A stretch of 4,219 bases of DNA, taken from the IMG/VR virus record IMGVR_UViG_2713896899_000012; one strand, given 5' to 3'. The translations under genes and the position numbers were made by a program. A model generated the notes under the pieces. That model did no database searches, was not told the origin of the DNA, and saw only the letters and a program-made list of their open reading frames with translations. Below are positions 1 through 4,219 of the stretch, one piece after another; the stretch's first letter is position 1; each line of letters begins with the position of its first letter. This stretch comes from a virus. Its lineage: Duplodnaviria; Heunggongvirae; Uroviricota; Caudoviricetes.

Positions 1-84
1 CATGAAAGTTATTGTTAATACCTGTGCTTCTTGTCACCCAAACGTCTCTTCAGGCCACTGGTTACCAGCTATGTGACGATGAAG

Positions 85-789
85 TCACGAATTTTTCAGC
101 CACTCCCTTGCCTCGATGTCATCCAGATGACGAGATTGCTTCAGAATACCAGCCACATACTCCACCTTTGCTACTTGATGATAAGGCAACGTTATAGGCC
201 TGTGGTCCTGGTTAATGCTTGTAAATTGGTATTCTCCATCTCTGTCATAGCCAAGAACCTTAATCATGTTGTGTCCTTCAACGGTTCTGACAAACACCTC
301 ATCACCCGGGAATACTTTGGTGTTAGGCTCAATGAGTACATATTCTCCTGATTTTATTCTGGGCCACATGCTGTCTCCTTTCACACGAAGACCAAAGGCA
401 TCTGGATCATCGCTATAAATTTTGAGCCACCCATCGCGTTCTTCGGTCATCTCGATGGCACCATCAACACCAAGAATTGCCTCACCAACCACGCGCACTA
501 ACCCTTTTCTTACCTGACCGACAAAAGTTAAAGAATCTGAGCATGATGCAATTGGTGTTACATCATGTACCAAATCAAGCCACCCATTAGGTAACCCAAG
601 TGCGGCTTCGAATTTTCTTGCTAGTTTATCCCCTATGTTTCGAGTGCTTTTTTCACCGGAGACTTGCGTGAGTTGAGAAGGGCTAACTCCAAGCTTATCG
701 GCAAAGCTTGCATTAGTGTTACCCGCGATTTTTTTATGCTCATCTAGCAAAAACGCCAGATTCGATTTGCGAATATCTTTGTTTTCCAT
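85..789 (-). CDS. cI: CI-like phage repressor (N-terminal XRE-type HTH, C-terminal LexA/S24-like autopeptidase domain)
   Basis: 234-aa ORF. N-terminal segment NASFADKLGVSPSQLTQVSGEKSTRNIGDKLARKFEAAL looks like an XRE-family helix-turn-helix. C-terminal half has the S24 catalytic serine motif GDSMWP (Ser140) and a lysine 37 residues later (HNMIKVL, Lys177), the same Ser-Lys spacing as LexA. SD GAGGGAG on the minus strand (799-805) precedes ATG at 789. Divergent from a Cro-like gene, as in lambdoid immunity regions. Symbol is by functional analogy only. Confidence 0.88.
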   Translation of the reverse strand: MENKDIRKSNLAFLLDEHKKIAGNTNASFADKLGVSPSQLTQVSGEKSTRNIGDKLARKFEAALGLPNGWLDLVHDVTPIASCSDSLTFVGQVRKGLVRVVGEAILGVDGAIEMTEERDGWLKIYSDDPDAFGLRVKGDSMWPRIKSGEYVLIEPNTKVFPGDEVFVRTVEGHNMIKVLGYDRDGEYQFTSINQDHRPITLPYHQVAKVEYVAGILKQSRHLDDIEAREWLKNS

Positions 790-902
790 CCCACGATTCT
801 CCCTCTATTTAGCAAATGGATAAATACGCATTTTGATAAATCTTCATTGCGGTTGATTTATCAAAATGGTAAAGTTGCTCTGTGTGATAAACGGAGGCAC
901 TA
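790..902. promoter_or_regulatory. Divergent operator/promoter region between repressor and cro (OR/PRM/PR-like)
   Basis: 113-bp AT-rich intergenic region between divergent starts. Perfect 12-bp inverted repeat TTTTGATAAATC (831-842) / GATTTATCAAAA (855-866) separated by 12 bp. GATAAA(T/C) half-sites at 819-825, 835-841, 886-892, and inverted at 856-862. Two related 17-bp dyad-like sites, TTTAGCAAATGGATAAA (808-824) and TTTATCAAAATGGTAAA (857-873). Candidate PR: -35 TTGCGG (847-852), 17-bp spacer, -10 TAAAGT (870-875). SD GGAGG (893-897) for cro. Exact operator boundaries and promoter hexamers are inferred, not demonstrated. Confidence 0.6.
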
Positions 903-1136
903 ATGAGTAATGAACTACTACGCTGGCGAAAAGAGGCTTCTAGTGAGGAATGGAAGCGACTCGCCGCATTAGCGAATACTTCAGTTGGCTATCTTGATCA
1001 GATTGCATATGGCTTTCGAAGAGCTTCCCCAGATAAAGCGAATGCAATCGAAGAAGCCACTCGTAATTTCACGGGTTATAAACCTGTGAAAAAGGAAAAT
1101 CTGGTGTTCGTATCGCGTAGAGCATCAGCAGCATAA
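903..1136 (+). CDS. cro: Cro-like small HTH DNA-binding protein (Cro/YdaS-like)
   Basis: 77-aa ORF, first rightward gene divergent from the repressor. SD GGAGG 5 nt upstream of ATG. Segment TSVGYLDQIAYGFRRASPDKANAIEEATR follows the pattern I recall for YdaS/Cro-like prophage regulators (…AIE.ATR). Assignment rests on position and size plus this motif. Confidence 0.75.
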   Translation: MSNELLRWRKEASSEEWKRLAALANTSVGYLDQIAYGFRRASPDKANAIEEATRNFTGYKPVKKENLVFVSRRASAA

Positions 1137-1143
1137 GTAACCC

Positions 1144-1189
1144 CGCTCTTTGTAACAACGGACATTCGTCCTACGTCGCTGAAAAGCGA
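1144..1189 (+). promoter_or_regulatory. nutR-like antitermination site (boxA-like plus boxB-like hairpin)
   Basis: Immediately downstream of the cro stop. CGCTCTTTGTAACAA (1144-1158) resembles boxA (lambda CGCTCTTA; rrn GCTCTTTAACAA). TCGCT-GAAA-AGCGA (1176-1189) is a perfect 5-bp stem with a GAAA loop, resembling the purine-rich-loop boxB hairpin. A second small hairpin GGAC-ATTC-GTCC lies at 1160-1171. Position between cro and cII matches lambda nutR. Confidence 0.45.
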
Positions 1190-1218
1190 GTCCCAAGATA
1201 TCTGACCAACTAAGGCCA

Positions 1219-1236
1219 TATGCGTTTCCACGCATA
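1219..1236 (+). other. Inverted repeat / hairpin TATGCG-N6-CGCATA between nutR-like site and cII (possible tR1-like or regulatory element)
   Basis: Perfect 6-bp inverted repeat TATGCG (1219-1224) / CGCATA (1231-1236) with 6-nt spacer TTTCCA. No U-run follows (CCTTTCAACT), so it is not a canonical intrinsic terminator. Lambda has the Rho-dependent tR1 at the equivalent position. Confidence 0.25.
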
Positions 1237-1264
1237 CCTTTCAACTAACTATTCACTATTGGAA

Positions 1265-1297
1265 ATCTTAAGAAATGGAACAAACAAGTTACAGCAA
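1265..1297 (-). promoter_or_regulatory. PRE-like CII-dependent leftward promoter (TTGC-N6-TTGT repeat plus -10)
   Basis: On the minus strand, TTGC (1297-1294), N6, TTGT (1287-1284), then 13 nt, then TAAGAT (1270-1265). Lambda PRE is TTGC-N6-TTGC, 13 nt, AAGTAT, and likewise sits in the first codons of cII. Here the repeat lies in cII codons 3-8. Confidence 0.45.
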
Positions 1298-1571
1298 ACT
1301 ATCACAGCGTGACGTTGATCGCGCAGAAACAGATTTACTCATCAACCTGTCAACGCTTACCCAGCGCGGTCTGGCAAAGATGATTGGCTGTCATGAATCG
1401 AAGATAAGCAGAACGGACTGGAGATTTATTGCTTCGGTCTTGTGTGCTTTTGGAATGGCATCAGACATCAGTCCGATTAGCAGGGCTTTTAAGTATGCGC
1501 TTGATGGAATCACAAAGAAAAAACGCCCGGCGGCAACCGAGCGTTCTGAACAAATCCAAATGGAATTTTAA
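1275..1571 (+). CDS. cII: CII-like transcriptional activator
   Basis: 98-aa ORF. C-terminal 19 residues KKRPAATERSEQIQMEF match the lambda CII C-terminus as I recall it. Central HTH-like segment GCHESKISRTDW parallels lambda VDKSQISRWKRDW. N-terminal third is divergent. Weak SD (AAGAA). Located after cro and the nut-like site, as in lambda. Confidence 0.88.
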   Translation: MEQTSYSKLSQRDVDRAETDLLINLSTLTQRGLAKMIGCHESKISRTDWRFIASVLCAFGMASDISPISRAFKYALDGITKKKRPAATERSEQIQMEF

Positions 1572-1593
1572 TAACATCCAACGAGGTAATTAT

Positions 1594-1866
1594 ATGCGAA
1601 ACAAAGGCTTTAATCCACCTGATACACACAAAGAAGCTAAGCGTTTGCGCTTCCTTCGTTCCATTGATGAAAGAACTCAAATCTCTTTTGTGAAAGTTGC
1701 CAGAACTGAGCTTCTGAAGGCTGAGGCGAGGGCGTTGCTCCCGTCTCTACCAAAAGAGGATGGATATACGTTCATTCCAAACGCATTTCTGGAAAAGCTT
1801 CTCAAAGAAGACATATCCGTAAGTCAGTTTAACGATGTTCTTAAGGTCTTTCGTCAAGGCAGGTAG
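1594..1866 (+). CDS. Hypothetical small protein (90 aa) between cII and the O-like gene
   Basis: ORF in the track runs 1429-1866, but its 5' part overlaps cII in another frame. The in-frame ATG at 1594 is preceded by GAGGT (1583-1587) and sits 22 nt after the cII stop. Product MRNKGFNPPDTHKEAKRLRFLRSIDERTQISFVKVARTELLKAEARALLPSLPKEDGYTFIPNAFLEKLLKEDISVSQFNDVLKVFRQGR is basic and predicted helical, with no motif I recognise. Stop at 1864-1866, 2 nt before the O-like start. Confidence 0.55.
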   Translation: MRNKGFNPPDTHKEAKRLRFLRSIDERTQISFVKVARTELLKAEARALLPSLPKEDGYTFIPNAFLEKLLKEDISVSQFNDVLKVFRQGR

Positions 1867-1868
1867 TT

Positions 1869-2816
1869 ATGAGCAATACAGCAAAAATCTACGATTTCAG
1901 CGCCGCACACGAGCGCAGGAGCAACAGGATGGAGAACCAGAAAACTGGTTACATTCCGTTGTACCGGAGCATTCTGAAACAGTCATGGGCGAAAGATGTT
2001 TATCTTCGCACCCTGTGGGAAAACCTTCTCCTGAATGCCGCCAGAAAGCCATACAAAGCGAATTTCAAAGGTCATGAATGGCATCTGCAACCCGGTCAAC
2101 TGGTTGTGACAGCAGCTGATTTAGGTCTTCAGTTATGCGACAGACATGGCAAGCCAGCAAGCCGTGATCAGGTTGAGCGGATGCTTCAGGTTTTTGTGAA
2201 AGAGGGGATGATCTCCATTGATGGAGAGAAGCAAAAAGGTCGTGTGATCACCATCACAAATTACCATGAATATGCTCAAAAAATGGACGATTCACCCGCA
2301 CATGAAGCCGCACAAACAACCGCACATGATGCCGCACATGACGAAGCCAGTAATGGCGCGGCTTTCAGAGTACATGCCGCACATGAAAGCGCACATGAAG
2401 CCGCACAAACAACCGCACATCATGAACAAGAAGGTATTAACAAGAATATAAATAATACCCCCCTACCCCCCAATGGGGGAGGCGATGGGCAGGTTAAACC
2501 TGAACGTCGCAAGGCAGAACGCATCGACTACGAATCCTTCCTGAACGCCTACAACACCGAAGTCGGTGACAGACTTCCACACGCTGTTGCGGTCAACGAG
2601 AAACGCAAGCGTCGCCTGAAGAAAATCATTCCGCAACTGAAAACGCCAAACGTGGACGGTTTCAGAGCGTATGTCAGGGCGTTTGTGCATCAGGCCAAGC
2701 CGTTTTACTTCGGAGACAACGACACGGGCTGGACGGCCGATTTTGATTACCTGCTGAGGGAAGACTCGTTAACGGGAGTTCGGGAAGGGAAGTTTGCAGA
2801 CAGGGGGATTGCATGA
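1869..2816 (+). CDS. O: Replication initiator protein, lambda O-like (origin-binding) with embedded origin
   Basis: 315-aa ORF. N-terminus MSNTAKI parallels lambda O MTNTAKI, and the start-region DNA AATACAGCAAAAAT matches what I recall of lambda O. Position directly after cII and before a helicase gene. The middle of the gene carries an iteron array plus AT-rich tract, as in ori-lambda. Beyond the N-terminal heptapeptide the protein is divergent from lambda O as I recall it. Confidence 0.82.
   Translation: MSNTAKIYDFSAAHERRSNRMENQKTGYIPLYRSILKQSWAKDVYLRTLWENLLLNAARKPYKANFKGHEWHLQPGQLVVTAADLGLQLCDRHGKPASRDQVERMLQVFVKEGMISIDGEKQKGRVITITNYHEYAQKMDDSPAHEAAQTTAHDAAHDEASNGAAFRVHAAHESAHEAAQTTAHHEQEGINKNINNTPLPPNGGGDGQVKPERRKAERIDYESFLNAYNTEVGDRLPHAVAVNEKRKRRLKKIIPQLKTPNVDGFRAYVRAFVHQAKPFYFGDNDTGWTADFDYLLREDSLTGVREGKFADRGIA
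2296..2426. repeat. Iteron-like direct repeat array (putative phage replication origin iterons) inside the O-like gene
   Basis: About eight tandem ~12-bp units beginning CCGCACA: CCGCACATGAAG (2296-2307), CCGCACAAACAA (2308-2319), CCGCACATGATG (2320-2331), CCGCACATGACGAAG (2332-2346), then after a 30-bp gap CCGCACATGAAAG, CGCACATGAAG, CCGCACAAACAA, CCGCACATCATGAA (2377-2426). Includes a perfect 31-bp direct repeat CGCACATGAAGCCGCACAAACAACCGCACAT at 2297-2327 and 2390-2420. Confidence 0.6.
2427..2479. other. AT-rich tract followed by GC-rich palindrome adjacent to iterons (putative origin unwinding region)
   Basis: AT-rich stretch ACAAGAAGGTATTAACAAGAATATAAATAATAC (2427-2457), then CCCCCCTA and palindrome CCCCC(C)AATGGGGG (2466-2479). 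The order iterons, AT-rich region, palindrome mirrors ori-lambda organisation. Confidence 0.5.
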
Positions 2817-4214
2817 GACAGGATATCGAAGCGAGCGTTATCGGCGGTCTGCTGATTGGTNNNNNNNNNNNNNNNNNNNNNNNNNGGATTAACACCAACC
2901 GCCAGTGACGTTCTGGCAACGCTTGAGCCGGAAGCGTTTTCAATTCCGCTCTACCGGAAAGCCTTCGAGGTTATCCGCAAGCAGGCGCGAAACAGAAACC
3001 TAATCGACGCGCTGATGGTTGCCGAAGCGTGCGGAGAGGAGCATTTCACGTCAATCCTGATGACCAGCAAAAACTGCCCGAGTGCCGCAAACCTGAAGGG
3101 ATATGCCGGAATGGTCGCGGATAACTATCACCGCCGTCTGGTGCTGGAAATCATGGATGAAATGCGTGAACCAATTCAGAGCGGAACCATCGACGCATCG
3201 AGTCAGGCGATGGATGAACTTGTAAAGCGTCTTTCAGCCATCAGAAAGCCCCGTGACGAGGTTAAACCTGTACGGTTAGGGGAAATCATCACTGACTACA
3301 CTGACACGCTTGACAGGCGTCTGAGGAACGGAGAAGAGTCAGATACCCTGAAGACCGGAATCGAAGAACTTGACGCCATCACCGGAGGGATGAACGCAGA
3401 AGACCTGGTGATTATCGCTGCTCGTCCTGGTATGGGGAAAACCGAACTGGCGCTGAAGATTGCCGAAGGTGTTGCAAGCCGCGTTATTCCTGGTTCTGAC
3501 GTCCGGCGCGGAGTGTTGATTTTCTCGATGGAAATGAGCGCATTGCAGATTGCAGAGCGGAGCATTGCCAACGCCGGGAGGATGTCGGTTAGCGTGCTGC
3601 GAAATCCTGCATCGATGGATGACGAAGGCTGGGCGCGTGTTGCTAACGGCATGAGTCAGCTTGCAGATTTGGATGTATGGGTAGTCGATGCCTCGCGGTT
3701 ATCGGTCGAAGAAATTCGCTCAATTGCAGAGCGGCACAAACAGGAAAATCCAAACCTGTCACTAATCATGGTGGATTATCTTGGACTGATTGAGAAGCCG
3801 AAAGCAGACCGCAACGACCTCGCAATTGCTCACATCTCAGGAAGCCTGAAGGCGATGGCGAAAGACCTGAAAACGCCTGTTATCTCCCTGAGTCAGCTTT
3901 CACGCGATGTTGAGAAGCGACCAAACAAACGCCCGACAAACGCAGATTTGCGTGATTCAGGAAGCATTGAACAGGACGCAGACTCAATCATCATGCTCTA
4001 TCGGGAAGCGGTATATGACGAGAACAGTAGCGCCGCGCCATTTGCTGAAATCATTGTGACGAAAAACCGTTTTGGTTCACTTGGTACGGTTTACCAGCGG
4101 TTCTGCAACGGACACTTTGTTGCATGTGACCAGGATGAAGCCAGACAGATTTGCACAGCATCAAATGCACCTGCTGCGCGTGGCAGACGATATGCACAAG
4201 GGGCTGACGTATGA
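2813..4214 (+). CDS. dnaB: DnaB-family replicative DNA helicase (phage-encoded), interrupted by an N run
   Basis: ATG at 2813 overlaps the O-like stop (ATGA), with SD AGGGGGA at 2802-2808. N-terminus [16 protein letters not shown] resembles the DnaB N-terminus (…SIEAEQSVLGGLMLD). After the N run: Walker [10 protein letters not shown] (GMGKT at 3429-3443), Walker B-like [11 protein letters not shown], and C-terminal [38 protein letters not shown], typical of the DnaB family. Reading frame before the gap (phase 2) and after it (phase 0; track ORF 2856-4214) do not connect across exactly 25 nt. Confidence 0.85.
2861..2885. other. Run of 25 ambiguous bases (N) - masked or unsequenced segment within helicase gene
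   Basis: Directly visible as n x25 in the sequence. Confidence 0.99.
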
Positions 4215-4219
4215 CCATC

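Noticed and set aside
1-3. CAT at the window edge (ATG on the minus strand), possible start of a leftward gene downstream of the repressor
   Set aside because: Only three bases are available and the gene would lie entirely outside the window. Cannot be assessed.
73-96. Plus-strand hairpin GTGAC-GATGAA-GTCAC followed by TTTTT, overlapping the repressor stop codon
   Set aside because: Stem is only 5 bp with moderate GC. It would terminate a rightward transcript entering from the left, for which there is no evidence. On the repressor (minus) strand it is preceded rather than followed by the U-run. Too weak to call a terminator.
12-351. Plus-strand ORFs 12-197 (61 aa) and 31-351 (106 aa)
   Set aside because: Both lie antisense to, or just beyond the 3' end of, the well-supported repressor gene. 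They have no SD and no recognisable motifs. Most likely shadow ORFs.
1243-1260. Short direct repeats ACTAACTATTCACTATT upstream of cII
   Set aside because: Low-complexity AT-rich sequence. No spacing or symmetry suggesting a specific site beyond the adjacent PRE-like -10 region.
1429-1593. Upstream extension of the 1429-1866 ORF (start at 1429)
   Set aside because: It overlaps the cII coding region in a different frame for about 140 nt. The internal ATG at 1594 has a proper SD and follows the cII stop, so the shorter 90-aa form is preferred.
1835-2077. ORF 1835-2077 (+, 80 aa)
   Set aside because: Out-of-frame overlap with the start of the O-like gene, no SD. Likely spurious.
2296-2426. Possible CRISPR array (short direct repeats)
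   Set aside because: Units are ~12 bp, directly abutting, with no unique spacers, and lie inside a coding region. This fits replication-origin iterons, not CRISPR.
2266-2451. ORF 2266-2451 (+, 61 aa, HPHMKPHKQPHM… repeats)
   Set aside because: Alternative-frame reading of the iteron array inside the O-like gene. Its repetitiveness is a consequence of the DNA repeats, not evidence of a separate gene.
2463-2943. Minus-strand ORFs 2463-2690 and 2674-2943
   Set aside because: Antisense to the O-like and helicase genes. The second runs through the N gap (X residues). No independent support.
3296-3652. Minus-strand ORF 3296-3652 (118 aa)
   Set aside because: Entirely antisense within the conserved ATPase core of the DnaB-like helicase. 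Low-complexity, Ser/Ala-rich translation typical of a shadow ORF.

Overview
This 4.2 kb window reads as the immunity-replication module of a lambdoid (enterobacterial-type) phage or prophage. From left to right: a leftward CI-like repressor (85-789, HTH plus LexA-like S24 domain); a 113-bp divergent operator/promoter region (790-902); a rightward Cro-like gene (903-1136); a nutR-like boxA/boxB site; a CII homolog (1275-1571) whose C-terminus I recognise as matching lambda CII, with a PRE-like promoter motif in its first codons; a small unassigned ORF (1594-1866); an O-like replication initiator (1869-2816) carrying an iteron / AT-rich / GC-palindrome origin in mid-gene; and a DnaB-family helicase (2813-4214) interrupted by a 25-nt N run. 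Genes are tightly packed with ATGA start/stop overlaps. I do not see a self-contained novel defence or other new system here. The least explained elements are the 90-aa ORF between cII and O, the unusual His/Ala-encoding iteron array, and a repressor that appears to lack the canonical Ala-Gly self-cleavage site. All calls come from reading the sequence and recalled family knowledge; no searches were run.
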